Shown here one piece after another: positions 11,806-21,046 of a stretch of DNA of 64,000 nucleotides. The position numbers and the translations under genes were made by a program. Position 1 is the first letter of the stretch, and each line of letters begins with the position of its first letter. The stretch is from the NCBI GenBank assembly GCA_963826115.1, contig CAWGVS010000012.1, forward strand, positions 64,001 through 128,000, given 5' to 3'. Source of the stretch: an uncultured Candidatus Rokubacteria bacterium. Its GTDB lineage: Bacteria > Methylomirabilota > Methylomirabilia > Rokubacteriales > DASRDR01. Below the pieces are notes generated by a model. That model was not told the origin of the DNA. It saw only the letters and a list, made by a program, of their open reading frames with translations, and ran no database searches.

Positions 11806-12709
11806 CCCGCGGCCGACGGCCGCCGGGTCGGCGACGCGCCGCGCGGGGCTCCGTCCCGTCGAGGGCGTCGCCGCCGACCTCCATCGACAACCCCTCGGTG
11901 CCGGCCACGATCTCGAACGGGAACGCGGCGCCCGCGCGGGCCTCCTCGAGGAGGCGGGTCAGCGTGGCGTCGTCGTGCTCGGGGTCGTGGTGGAAGGTGA
12001 CCAGGCATCGCACGCCCGCGGCGGTGGCGAGCGCCAGCATGTGCGTCAGCGCGCTGTGCCCCCACCCGATGTGCTCGGCGTACTCCGCCGCGCTGTACTG
12101 GGCGTCGTGGACCAGCACGTCGACGCCCGCGGCCAGCGCGAACCCCGAGATCCAGTCGGGGGCGGCCGGCAGCCGCCCGAGCCCGAGCGCCGGCTCGTGG
12201 TCGGGGACGTACGCGAGCGTGGCGCCGTCGGCGGTGATCCGGTACCCGACCGTGGGGCCGGGGTGACAGACGAGCGCGGCACTGACCTGGAACGGGCCGA
12301 TCTCGAACGCCTCGAGAGGCACGTCGTGCAGGGTGAGGCGGCACGGGAGCTCGCGGAGGCGCAACGGGAACAGGGGCGGCGACAGGTAGCGCGTGAGCCG
12401 CTCCCGGAGGGCCTGCGTGGTCGACGGCGGGCCCCAGAGGTGGACCTCGCGGTCCGGCTCGAAGAAGGGGGCGAAGAACCCGAGCCCCTGAATGTGGTCC
12501 ATGTGGAGGTGGGTCAGGAGGACGTCCACGCGGCGCGTCTCGGCGCGGAGCGCCACGCCCAGGCGCCGCGCGCCCGTCCCCGCGTCGAGGACGAGCACGC
12601 TGCCGTCGGCGGCCCGCACCTCGGCGCAGGATGTGTTGCCGCCGTACTGGACCGTCTCGGGCCCGGCCGCCGCGACGGACCCGCGCGTGCCCCAGAGGGT
12701 GAGCCTCAC
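11738..12709 (-). CDS. metallo-beta-lactamase-fold hydrolase (phosphodiesterase-like)
   Basis: WGTRGS, YGGNTSC, LDAGTG, THLHMDHIQG (HxHxDH), DHE, DAQY, WGHS, FHHDP. A low-complexity tail overlaps the convergent YCII gene. Confidence 0.9.
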   Translation of the reverse strand: MRLTLWGTRGSVAAAGPETVQYGGNTSCAEVRAADGSVLVLDAGTGARRLGVALRAETRRVDVLLTHLHMDHIQGLGFFAPFFEPDREVHLWGPPSTTQALRERLTRYLSPPLFPLRLRELPCRLTLHDVPLEAFEIGPFQVSAALVCHPGPTVGYRITADGATLAYVPDHEPALGLGRLPAAPDWISGFALAAGVDVLVHDAQYSAAEYAEHIGWGHSALTHMLALATAAGVRCLVTFHHDPEHDDATLTRLLEEARAGAAFPFEIVAGTEGLSMEVGGDALDGTEPRAARRRPGGRRPRVTGPRRARARRRSGGTGTARRA

Positions 12710-13101
12710 GTCGGCCGCTCCTCCCAGAAGATGGCCACGGCGCCCAGGCGGCGGCCCCCCTGCCCTTCGAGCGGGAGCGCGGTGACGGCGATGCGCCGCG
12801 CCACGCCGTCGAGGCCCCGGATGACGAGGGTCCGGTGGGCCGGGTGCCACTTGAGGAGCGCGGCGGCGAGCGGGACTTCCTCCGCTCGCACCGGGCTCCC
12901 GTCGGGCGTCGTCGGCGTGAAGACCGTCGACCACTCGGCGACCGGCATCTCCCCGGTCTCGTCGTACCGTCGCCCGAGGAGGCGCTCCGCCGGCTCGTTG
13001 TAGTAGAGGAGGTTCCCCTCCGGGTCGACGAGGAAGATCGGCACCGCGAGGTAGCTCGCAAGCTGCCGCATGAGGATGAGCTCGACGGCCTTCTGTGCCA
13101 T
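12706..13101 (-). CDS. stand-alone PAS-domain protein
   Basis: PIFLVDPEGNLLYYNEPAERLLG...GAVAIFWE; stop overlaps the MBL start (GTGA). Confidence 0.8.
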   Translation of the reverse strand: MAQKAVELILMRQLASYLAVPIFLVDPEGNLLYYNEPAERLLGRRYDETGEMPVAEWSTVFTPTTPDGSPVRAEEVPLAAALLKWHPAHRTLVIRGLDGVARRIAVTALPLEGQGGRRLGAVAIFWEERPT

Positions 13102-13152
13102 CGCTCGACTCCTCCCGCCCGACGCGCCTCGGGGCCGCGCCGGGGCATCCGC

Positions 13153-13245
13153 TCAGTCGAGACCGGGCAGCCGGTCGAAGATGGACGGCGACGAGCGCGT
13201 GTGGAGGTCGATCGCCCCGCGGAAGAGCTCGTGACAGCGGGCCAT
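13153..13245 (-). pseudogene. 30-aa remnant resembling the N-terminus of a DUF6282/amidohydrolase-like protein
   Basis: MARCHELFRGAIDLHTRSSPSIFDR resembles the GAIDxHxHxxP start of such proteins; RBS-like GAGGGG upstream; stops after 30 codons. Confidence 0.4.
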
Positions 13246-13258
13246 CACGCCTGGCCCC

Positions 13259-13939
13259 TCACCGCGCGGGAGCGAGCCAGTCGGCCAGCTCGCGGAGCGT
13301 CGGGAACTCCCGGTCCACGCGGGCGCCGTCGTCCGGGGTGTCCCCGTTGCGGTTGATCCACGCCTGCGGGATGCCCTGGGCGCGAGCCGGCACCATGTCG
13401 TGGAAGTAACCCTGGCCCACGTGGAGCCAGCGCCGCGCGCCGATGGCCCGGCGCGCGGCTTCGAAGTGCGGGCGCGCGGGCTTGTACGCGCGCACCTGCT
13501 GCGCGGTGACGAGGAGCTCGAAGGCCACGGTGAGATGCCGCCGGGTCCCGGCCAGGAGGTCATCGTCGACGTTCGACAGGATGCCGAGGGCGTAGCCCGC
13601 GCCGTGGAGGCGCTCGAGCGCCGCGTTGGTGTCGGCGAACGGCACCCAGTCCGGGAGGCTCTCCGCCAGGAACGACGCGCGCGCGGGATCGAGGCGCCAG
13701 CCGAGGCGCGCCGCGACGCCCTGCGCGGACTCCGCCAGCACCTCCCGATACGGCCGGTACCCGCCGGCCTCGACTTCCCGCTCCGCGGCCATGTACGCGC
13801 GGATGATCGCCGCCCGCTCGAGGCGGAGGCCGTCGGCCCACGCCGCCCGCATGATCGCGGTGGCGAGCCCGCCCTCCCAGTCGACGAGGGTGCCGTAGCA
13901 GTCGAACGTCAGGACGTCGTACGGCCGGGCGGTCGTCAT
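13259..13939 (-). CDS. HAD hydrolase, haloacid dehalogenase type II-like
   Basis: LTFDCYGTLVDWE, ILSNVD, YKP, WLHVGQGYFHD. Confidence 0.9.
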   Translation of the reverse strand: MTTARPYDVLTFDCYGTLVDWEGGLATAIMRAAWADGLRLERAAIIRAYMAAEREVEAGGYRPYREVLAESAQGVAARLGWRLDPARASFLAESLPDWVPFADTNAALERLHGAGYALGILSNVDDDLLAGTRRHLTVAFELLVTAQQVRAYKPARPHFEAARRAIGARRWLHVGQGYFHDMVPARAQGIPQAWINRNGDTPDDGARVDREFPTLRELADWLAPAR

Positions 13940-13940
13940 G

Positions 13941-14714
13941 CTACGGGAGCCAGTCGCGGAGCGGCCGGACGCGGATGCCCGCCTTGTCGAGGGCCGCGCG
14001 GACCGCGCGGACGATGCGCTCGGCGCCCGGCGTGTCGCCGTGGCAGCAGATCGTCTGCACGGAGAGGTCGATATCGACGCCGTCGATCGTCCGCACCTTG
14101 CCCTCGGCCGCCATCCGGACGGCCTGCGCGGCAGCCTTCTCGGGGTCGGTGATGAGCGCGCCCGCCTTCCGCCGCGAGACCAGCGTCCCGTCCACCTCGT
14201 AGGCGCGGTCGGCGAATCCCTCGGAGGCGACCCGGATGCCCATCTTCCGGCAGTGCGCGTCGTACTTGCCCGAGGCGAGCGTCATGAGGATGAGGCCGCC
14301 GCCGGAGTCCCGGGCGGCCTGCCCGATCGCCTCGGCGATCCCTTCCTGCTGCTCGGCCATCGTGTAGAGGATGCCGTGGGGCTTCACGTGCTGGAGGTCG
14401 GTCCCCGCGGCCCGCGCGAACTCGCGGACGGCACCCGTCTGGTAGCAGACGTAGTCGCGCAGCTCCGCGGGGGTCACGTCCATGACCCGGCGCCCGAAGC
14501 CCATCAGGTCCGGCAGCGACGGGTGCGCCCCGAGCGCGACGCCGTGCTGGAGCGCGAGCGCCACGGTCTTCCGGATGACGTGCGGGTCCCCGCCGTGGAA
14601 GCCGCACGCGATGTTGGCCGACGTGATGTGCGGCATGATGGCCTCGTCGGCCCCGAGGGTCCAGCGCCCGTACGACTCGCCCATGTCGCAGTTGAGGTCG
14701 ATCGTGTGAGCCAT
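13941..14714 (-). CDS. pxpA: 5-oxoprolinase subunit A (LamB/YcsF)
   Basis: IDLNCDMGES, SANIACGFHGGDP, GAHPSLPD, HVKPHG, CHGDTP. Confidence 0.95.
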   Translation of the reverse strand: MAHTIDLNCDMGESYGRWTLGADEAIMPHITSANIACGFHGGDPHVIRKTVALALQHGVALGAHPSLPDLMGFGRRVMDVTPAELRDYVCYQTGAVREFARAAGTDLQHVKPHGILYTMAEQQEGIAEAIGQAARDSGGGLILMTLASGKYDAHCRKMGIRVASEGFADRAYEVDGTLVSRRKAGALITDPEKAAAQAVRMAAEGKVRTIDGVDIDLSVQTICCHGDTPGAERIVRAVRAALDKAGIRVRPLRDWLP

Positions 14715-14768
14715 CGCTCCACTCCTTTCGGCGCCGCGGATCGGCGCCGCGCCGCCGCCGTCAGTCCC

Positions 14769-15707
14769 TCATCCCTCGATCGCGCGCGCGAGCCAGGCTG
14801 CCTCCGCCGCCCGCGCGGCGTGGGCCTCGGCGAGAGCCACCCGCCGGAACCGGATCCGGTGGCCCGGCCGGGTCTGGCCGATCGCCCCGATGTCCACGCC
14901 GATGACGGTGGCGATCTTGGTGTAGCCGCCGGTCGTCTGGCGGTCGACGAGGAGCACGATCGGCTGCCGCTCGCCGGGCACCTGGATCCCGCCGAGCGGG
15001 ATGCCGTCCGAGACGATGTCGTGGCCGCGCACGTGCGGAATCTCCGGTCCACTCAGACGATACCCCATCCGGTCCGCCTGGGGCGTGACGTCGTAGAGCC
15101 CCTCGAGGAAGGCACGGATGCCCTCGGCCGTGAAGCGGTCGTCCTGCGGACCGAGGATGACGCGGCACTCTCGCTCGGCGGGGTACGGCGGGCGGCGGGT
15201 CTCCGGAACCGTCCGGCCCTCACGCACCGCGCCGGCCGCCGCGCCGACGGGCAGCGCGTCCCCCTTCTGGAGCGCGCGGCCGCCGATCCCGCCGAGACGG
15301 CCGCGGAGATACGTCGCGCGAGACCCAAGCGCCGGCGGGACGTCGATGCCGCCGGCGACGGCCAGGTAGGCGCGGCATCCCGCGCTCGCCATCTGGAAGC
15401 CGCAGACGTCGCCGGGACGGACCGGCACCGCGGTCCAGGGCGGCGCCGCCTGGCCGTTCACGGTGAAGCCCATCGGCGCGCCGGTCACCGCGACCGTGGC
15501 CGCCTGTCGCACCTCGAGCCGGGGACCCTTGATGGTGCACTCGAGCGCCGCGGCGCCGTCCGGGTTGCCCACGAGGCGGTTTGCGACCAAGAACGCGACC
15601 CGATCCATCGGCCCCGACGGCGGCACGCCGACGCGCTGGTGGCCAAAGCGTCCGAGGTCCTGCACCGTCGTGAGGAGCCCGGGGTCGGCGACGAACAGCG
15701 CGCTCAC
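14769..15707 (-). CDS. pxpC: 5-oxoprolinase subunit C (KipA / allophanate hydrolase subunit 2)
   Basis: TTVQDLGRFG, GPMD, LGSRATY, DRMGYRL, GGIQVP, DRQTTGGY. Confidence 0.92.
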   Translation of the reverse strand: MSALFVADPGLLTTVQDLGRFGHQRVGVPPSGPMDRVAFLVANRLVGNPDGAAALECTIKGPRLEVRQAATVAVTGAPMGFTVNGQAAPPWTAVPVRPGDVCGFQMASAGCRAYLAVAGGIDVPPALGSRATYLRGRLGGIGGRALQKGDALPVGAAAGAVREGRTVPETRRPPYPAERECRVILGPQDDRFTAEGIRAFLEGLYDVTPQADRMGYRLSGPEIPHVRGHDIVSDGIPLGGIQVPGERQPIVLLVDRQTTGGYTKIATVIGVDIGAIGQTRPGHRIRFRRVALAEAHAARAAEAAWLARAIEG

Positions 15708-15714
15708 CGGCGCC

Positions 15715-16449
15715 TCACGCCTCCGCCTCGATGCGCGGGCGGTAGGTCCCGGCCGCCACCTCGGCGGCGATCCGGTCGAACTCGGCGCCATCGATGGGGC
15801 GGAAGCGGACGTGGTCCCCCGCGCGGAGGAGGATCGGCTCGGTCGCGGCCGGATCGTAGAGGCGGAGCGGCGTCCGCCCGAGAAGCCAGAAGCCGCCCGG
15901 GCTCTCGACGGAATAGATGGAGGTCTGCGTTCCGCCGATGGCGACGCTCCCGGCGGGCGTCTTCGTGCGGGGCCGGTCGAGCCGCGGGATCGTCAGCCGC
16001 GCCGGCTGCCCCGCCATGTACGGCAGGCCCGGGGTGAAGCCGACGAAGTAGACGTAGTGCTCCGCGCCCGCGTGGAGGCGCACGACCTCCTCCGGAGTGA
16101 GCTCGAGGCGCCGCGCGACCTCCTCGAGGTCGGGACCGTGGGCGCCCCCGTACGCGCACGGGAGCTCGACCCGACGGCCCGGCGGGGGCGTCGCGTTCGC
16201 GAGGCGCGCCGACAGGTCGAGGAGCGAGGCCTCGAGCGTCGCCCACGGCAAGACCAGCGGGTCGTAGTAGACGAGCAGCGACCGGAACGTCGGCACCGTG
16301 TCGACCAGGCCAGGCAGCCGGGCGTCAAGGAGGAGCCGCTCGAGCGTCAGCGCACGCGCGTTGGCCTCCCGCGAGATGTCGTCGGCGAGCTCCACCGACA
16401 CGGCCGCGTCCCCGGCGGACAGCAGACGCGGCGCGGCGTAGAGACCCAT
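15715..16449 (-). CDS. pxpB: 5-oxoprolinase subunit B (KipI / allophanate hydrolase subunit 1)
   Basis: VPTFRSLLVYYDP, GPDL, VGFTPGLPY, GSVAIGG, SPGGFWLLGRT. Confidence 0.92.
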   Translation of the reverse strand: MGLYAAPRLLSAGDAAVSVELADDISREANARALTLERLLLDARLPGLVDTVPTFRSLLVYYDPLVLPWATLEASLLDLSARLANATPPPGRRVELPCAYGGAHGPDLEEVARRLELTPEEVVRLHAGAEHYVYFVGFTPGLPYMAGQPARLTIPRLDRPRTKTPAGSVAIGGTQTSIYSVESPGGFWLLGRTPLRLYDPAATEPILLRAGDHVRFRPIDGAEFDRIAAEVAAGTYRPRIEAEA

Positions 16450-16475
16450 CGGCCGAGGGGGCGGCGGGGTGGCGG

Positions 16476-17261
16476 CTAGAGCGCCGCGAGCGCGTGGTCG
16501 GGGAGATCCGAGATGAACATGTGCCCCGGCGCGTGCGTGATGACGAGGGGCGGCTTGGCCTCGAGCGCCACCGCCTGGGGGGTCACACCGCAGGCCCAGA
16601 ACACCGGCTCCTCGCCGGCCAGGAGCGTGGGCGGCTCGCCCCAGTCGGGCTTCATGACGTCGGCGATCCCGATGCGTGCCGGATCGCCCACGTGGACCGG
16701 CGCGCCGTGCGCCATCGGATACCGCGCCGTGACCGTGACCGCGCGCGGCACGAGGGGCGACGGGATCGGGCGCATCGAGACCACCATCGGTCCCCGGAAG
16801 ATCCCGGCCGGCCGGCAGGCAAGGCTCGTCCGGAACATGGGCACGATCCGGTGCTCCTCGATGTGCCGCACCGGCACGCCGGACTGGAGGAGGGCCGACT
16901 CGAACGTGAAGGAGCAGCCGAGGAGGAAGGCGACGAAGTCGTCGCGCCACTCGCTCGTGATGTCGGTCACCTCGGCGGCGAGGCGCCCGTCACGGTAGAT
17001 CCGGTACTTCGGGATGTCGGTCCGGAGGTCCGCACCGGCCGCGACACCCGCCGGCTCCGGATTCCCGGGGTCCGTCACCTCGATGAGGGGACACGGCCGG
17101 GGATTCCGCTGGCAGAAGACGAGGAAGTCGTAGGCCTGCGCCCGGGGCAGGATCACGAGGTTCGCCTGGACGTAGCCGGGCGCGAGTCCGGCGGTGCCGC
17201 CCGTGTAGCGTCCCTGACGGATGGCCTGCCGAATCTCCTTCGGAGTCTTCCCGAGCTCCAT
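16476..17261 (-). CDS. D-glutamate cyclase / putative hydro-lyase (DUF1445, YcsI-like)
   Basis: GYVQANLVIL, FCQRNPRPCP, DLRTDIPKY, LGCSFTFE, HGAPVH, FWACGVTPQ, THAPGHMF. Confidence 0.9.
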   Translation of the reverse strand: MELGKTPKEIRQAIRQGRYTGGTAGLAPGYVQANLVILPRAQAYDFLVFCQRNPRPCPLIEVTDPGNPEPAGVAAGADLRTDIPKYRIYRDGRLAAEVTDITSEWRDDFVAFLLGCSFTFESALLQSGVPVRHIEEHRIVPMFRTSLACRPAGIFRGPMVVSMRPIPSPLVPRAVTVTARYPMAHGAPVHVGDPARIGIADVMKPDWGEPPTLLAGEEPVFWACGVTPQAVALEAKPPLVITHAPGHMFISDLPDHALAAL

Positions 17262-17434
17262 CGCGTGGCCTCCTCCGCGCCCTGCGGCGGTCGATGTGCC
17301 GGCCATTATGGCGCACCCCTCCCGGGCCGGCAACGGCGCCCGGGAACGCCGACGGCACGCGGCGTTGGCGAACGCGACACTCCAGAATGCCGGTCTCCTT
17401 GACAGGCCCCGCGGACGGGGGGTACGGTCAAGAC

Positions 17435-17791
17435 ATGCGAGGGCTGTGGCTCGCGGTGGCCGTGGTGGTGACCACCCTGGGGGTGGCCGGGTCCCTGTAC
17501 GCGGGGAGCGATCCCACGACGACCCAGGGGACCCTGCCCGCGCCGGCGACGGGCACCCAGCCCGAAGCGCCGCTGGTCCTCTCGATCCGCGCGCTGTCGG
17601 TGGGCAAGCCGACCTTCACCGACACCGGTGATCTCGAGCGCGTCCGCGCCTCGACCGGCGCCGGGACGAGCACGTGGCCGCCCGCCTCGACCCAGGTCGG
17701 CCGCGGGGTCTACATCAGCGTGATGCCAGGCTGCATTCCGGGAGTGGACGAGCCCTACCTGCCCGGGCGGGGCACGGGCCGTCGCCGCTAG
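17435..17791 (+). CDS. small exported hypothetical protein
   Basis: Signal-peptide-like MRGLWLAVAVVVTTLGVAGSLYA; TTGACA at 17399 and TACGGT at 17423 upstream. Confidence 0.55.
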   Translation: MRGLWLAVAVVVTTLGVAGSLYAGSDPTTTQGTLPAPATGTQPEAPLVLSIRALSVGKPTFTDTGDLERVRASTGAGTSTWPPASTQVGRGVYISVMPGCIPGVDEPYLPGRGTGRRR

Positions 17792-17831
17792 CGCCCCGGG
17801 CGCCCCGTACCGTCCTCCCTCCGCTCGCCCC

Positions 17832-18350
17832 GTGTCCTCCCCGTCGCTTCACCTTCGCATCGCGACGCCGCGCGACGCCGCGGCGATCTGCGGCATCTAC
17901 AACCAGGGAATCCAGGACCGCGTGGCCACGCTCGAGACTGAGGAGCGGACGCCCGAGGAGCGCGCCCAGTGGCTCGAGGCGCACGGTCCCCGCCATCCCG
18001 TGCTCGTCGCCGAGAGCGACGGGCACGTCGTCGGCTGGGCGAGCCTCAACGTCTTCAACGCGCGCCGCGCATACGACCACGTGGCGGATCTCTCGCTCTA
18101 CGTCGATCGGGACTGGCGCGGGCACGGCGTGGGGCGCCAACTCCTCGAGGCGCTGGTGGCCCGGGCCCGGGAGCTCGGGTATCACAAGCTCGTCCTCGCG
18201 GCCTTCCCGTGGAACGCGGCGGGCATGCGCGCGTACGGTCGCGCGGGATTCCGCGAGGTCGGGACCTACCGCGAGCAGGGACGCCTGGACGGGCGCTGGG
18301 TCGACACGATCGTCATGGAGAAGATTCTCGAGGGGCCGAACGCGCACTGA
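17832..18350 (+). CDS. GNAT N-acetyltransferase, phosphinothricin/arsinothricin (Pat/ArsN1) family
   Basis: IYNQGIQDRVATLE, RAYDHVADLSLYV, RGHGVG, GFREVG, GRWVDTIVMEK. Confidence 0.88.
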   Translation: MSSPSLHLRIATPRDAAAICGIYNQGIQDRVATLETEERTPEERAQWLEAHGPRHPVLVAESDGHVVGWASLNVFNARRAYDHVADLSLYVDRDWRGHGVGRQLLEALVARARELGYHKLVLAAFPWNAAGMRAYGRAGFREVGTYREQGRLDGRWVDTIVMEKILEGPNAH

Positions 18351-18404
18351 CGCGACGCGGCCCGGCGGCGGAAGGCCGCCGGGCCCTCGAGCCCCGCGCG
18401 CGGA

Positions 18405-19676
18405 TCAGAACGCGGAGAGGTAGCCGGTCGCGTCGAACGTGAGCGCCGCCGGGTCGCCGACCTGCGTCAGGTCGTCCCGCTTCGCAACCTCCGCGAGCAG
18501 GTTCTCCGAGACGTCCACCTCGGTGATCTGGAGCGTGTTCTTGATCCGGACGACCCGCGCGTCCTCCACGCGATCGAGCCCGAGGCACGAGAGCGCGACC
18601 GCGATCGCCTCCCGGGCCGAGTCGAGCGTCGCGGGCATCTTGCAGCCCGCGGGCGAGCACGCGGTGAGCCCGTTCACGTACGTCGCCTCCCAGTCGATCT
18701 TGTCGGCCAGGCGGCGGGTGATGAAGTCGGCGCTCCCGAGCCCGATGGCGTTGCCGTAGGTGTTGGCCGTGAGGTCCGAGACCACGATGAACGTCACCTT
18801 CGGGCTCGTGTACGGCGGCTCGAAGAAGGTGCCGTGGCGCCCGATGATGTTCGAGTCCATCCCCGACCCCGAGATGTTCTTGCCCATCTCGTCGACGATC
18901 AGGAGATCGATCTGCTCGAAGGGCAGCCGCGCCATCCAGCTCTTGGCCCGGCGCAGGAGCTCGCGCTCGCCCGCCTCCACGTCCGGCGGCAGGAAGGCCT
19001 GGACCACCGCGGTCTCGTCGTAGCCGTTCTCGACGACGCCGAGCCCGAACGCGATCCGGGCCTTCCGGAGCACCTCGCGCCCGAACGCCACCACCATCGG
19101 CTCGTAGCGGTGACGGACGGCGGCCCGGTGCGCCTGGACGGCGCCCCGGTGCTTCCCGACGCCGATCGTCATCATCTTGAAGAGGCCGGACTCGATCTCG
19201 CCGACGAAGTCGGTGTGCGGCTTCACGCGGTTGATGATGCCGATCCAGTCGGCCTCCGACGCGTACCGGTCGAGCCACACCGGCAGGCCGAGCGCCTCGC
19301 CCAGCTGGACCACGTCCATCGTGGCCCGCACCGGGCACCCCATCGTGGCCTCGGTGATGCCGTAATGCTCGAGCACCGAGCGCTGCCCCTCGGCGGTGCC
19401 GCCGCCGTGGCTGCCCATCGCGGGGAAGATGAACGGCTTCGCGCCGAGGGCCTTCACGTGCTCCACGGCCGCCTTCGCGATCACGTCGATGTTGACGATG
19501 CCGCGGCTGCCGACGGCCAAGGCCACGCTCTGCCCGGGTCTGATCGGCAGCGCGAGGCGTCCGAGCGTCTGGCGGACCGCGGCCGGGATGTCCTGGAGCA
19601 TGGGCCCAGCGAACTGCTGCTTGACCCGGGCCAAGTGGGGGAACGTGGACGCCCGCGGGATGCCGGTCAACTTCAT
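18405..19676 (-). CDS. LarA-like / DUF362-DUF2088 domain protein
   Basis: AVGSRGI, PAMGSHGGGTAEGQ, INRVKPHTDF, ESGLFKMMTIGVGK, GKNISGSGMD, GNAIGLG. Confidence 0.8.
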   Translation of the reverse strand: MKLTGIPRASTFPHLARVKQQFAGPMLQDIPAAVRQTLGRLALPIRPGQSVALAVGSRGIVNIDVIAKAAVEHVKALGAKPFIFPAMGSHGGGTAEGQRSVLEHYGITEATMGCPVRATMDVVQLGEALGLPVWLDRYASEADWIGIINRVKPHTDFVGEIESGLFKMMTIGVGKHRGAVQAHRAAVRHRYEPMVVAFGREVLRKARIAFGLGVVENGYDETAVVQAFLPPDVEAGERELLRRAKSWMARLPFEQIDLLIVDEMGKNISGSGMDSNIIGRHGTFFEPPYTSPKVTFIVVSDLTANTYGNAIGLGSADFITRRLADKIDWEATYVNGLTACSPAGCKMPATLDSAREAIAVALSCLGLDRVEDARVVRIKNTLQITEVDVSENLLAEVAKRDDLTQVGDPAALTFDATGYLSAF

Positions 19677-19707
19677 CGTGGTCCTCCTGGGACGAGGGGC
19701 TTCTTCA

Positions 19708-19919
19708 CTAGGATTTCCCGAGCTCGTGGGTGACGATCGTGTCCCCGACCTTGGTCTTGCCCTGCCACTGCCAGATCCACTCGGTGGCCGACTCCCGGAA
19801 GATCATCCTGCCCTCCGACGTCGGGGTCTCGTCGAGGGCCTCCCGTCGACGATCTTGATCGGTCCGATCTGCGGGACCCCGGACATGCCGGGGGCGGCGA
19901 TGGGCGTCCGTCGCGTCAT
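19708..19919 (-). pseudogene. possible frameshifted remnant of a small protein gene
   Basis: Protein-like sequence MSGVPQIGPIKIVDG in one frame continues as ALDETPTSEGRMIFRESATEWIWQWQGKTK in another. Confidence 0.3.
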
Positions 19920-20193
19920 CCCGACCGTCCTCTGGCCGCCCCCCGGCCCACCATCGCTCGGCCTCCGGCGGGCTCGCCCCGGCGCGCGCCGGCCGAGCCT
20001 GCCTCCCGATCCGCCCGAACGTCACGGCCGATCAGGGCCCGGGATTGCACGCCCGGGAACGCCTCCGGCCACCGTCCTCCGCCGATATACCCTACCCGCC
20101 GAACCCTCGCAAGGCCCGCAAATGCGGGAGCTTGGGCCTTGACTTGATCCAACGAGGGCCCCTAGGATAGCGTACTCACCGCACGGGAGGCGC

Positions 20194-20985
20194 GTGCTCA
20201 TCCCCAGGCGATCGAACGATTCGAGGCGGCGGCCGCTCCGGCGAGGACCACTGGTCCTCGGGAGCGCCGTGCTTTTGCTCTCGAGCTGTAGCTTCCTCGG
20301 TGGCCGGCCGAACACGGTCGCGCCCGCCGCCAAGCTCTACGAGGACGGCGAGCGCCTTCTCTATCAGGAGAAGTACCCGGCTTCCCGGGAGCAGTTCTCC
20401 TGGCTGGTCGAGCGGCATCCCGAGTCGGATCTCGCGCCCGTGGCGCGCTTCCTCATCGGCGAGACCTACTTCCGGAGCAAGGACTACGAGAAGGCGGCGC
20501 CGGAGTTCGAGGCGTTCGTCACGCTCTACCCGAGCAACCAGATCGCGGACCTCGGCCAGTACCGGCTCGCGCGCTCCTACTTCGACCAGATGCCGACGGT
20601 CGAGCGGGACCAGAAACTCACCGCGCAAGCGCTCACCGAGTTCCAGAAACTGATCCGGCTCTACCCTGAGAGCCGCTACGCCCCCGACGCGATCGTCAAG
20701 ATCGAGGCCTGCCGGCTCCGGCTGGCCCAGAAGGAGCTCTGGATCGCGTCGTTCTACATGCGCCAGGGAAAGTATGAGTCGGCGCTGCCGCGGTTCGACG
20801 CGGTGCTCAAGGACTACGGCCGCACGCAGGCGGCGCCCGAGGCCCTGTACCAGAAGGCGGACGCCCTGACCCGTCTCGGCCGCAACGACGAGGCCGCGAC
20901 CGCGCTGAAGCGCCTGGTGGACGAGTTCCCCGCGAGCGAGTGGTCGCGGCGGGTGCGCGAGCGGCAAGCCGCCCGCGGCGCCTAG
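20194..20985 (+). CDS. bamD: outer membrane protein assembly lipoprotein BamD
   Basis: Lipobox LSSC, TPR helices, FVTLYPSN, ERDQKLT, YPESRYA, KELWIASFY. Confidence 0.9.
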   Translation: MLIPRRSNDSRRRPLRRGPLVLGSAVLLLSSCSFLGGRPNTVAPAAKLYEDGERLLYQEKYPASREQFSWLVERHPESDLAPVARFLIGETYFRSKDYEKAAPEFEAFVTLYPSNQIADLGQYRLARSYFDQMPTVERDQKLTAQALTEFQKLIRLYPESRYAPDAIVKIEACRLRLAQKELWIASFYMRQGKYESALPRFDAVLKDYGRTQAAPEALYQKADALTRLGRNDEAATALKRLVDEFPASEWSRRVRERQAARGA

Positions 20986-21046
20986 GCCGCGCGTGCGCGA
21001 CGCCCCGACCCGACACGTCACGGCAGGCTGCTGACAAGGAGCTCTC

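Noticed and set aside
17832-18350. Arsenic or arsinothricin resistance cluster
   Set aside because: Only the GNAT is present; no arsR, arsC, arsM or acr3 in the window.
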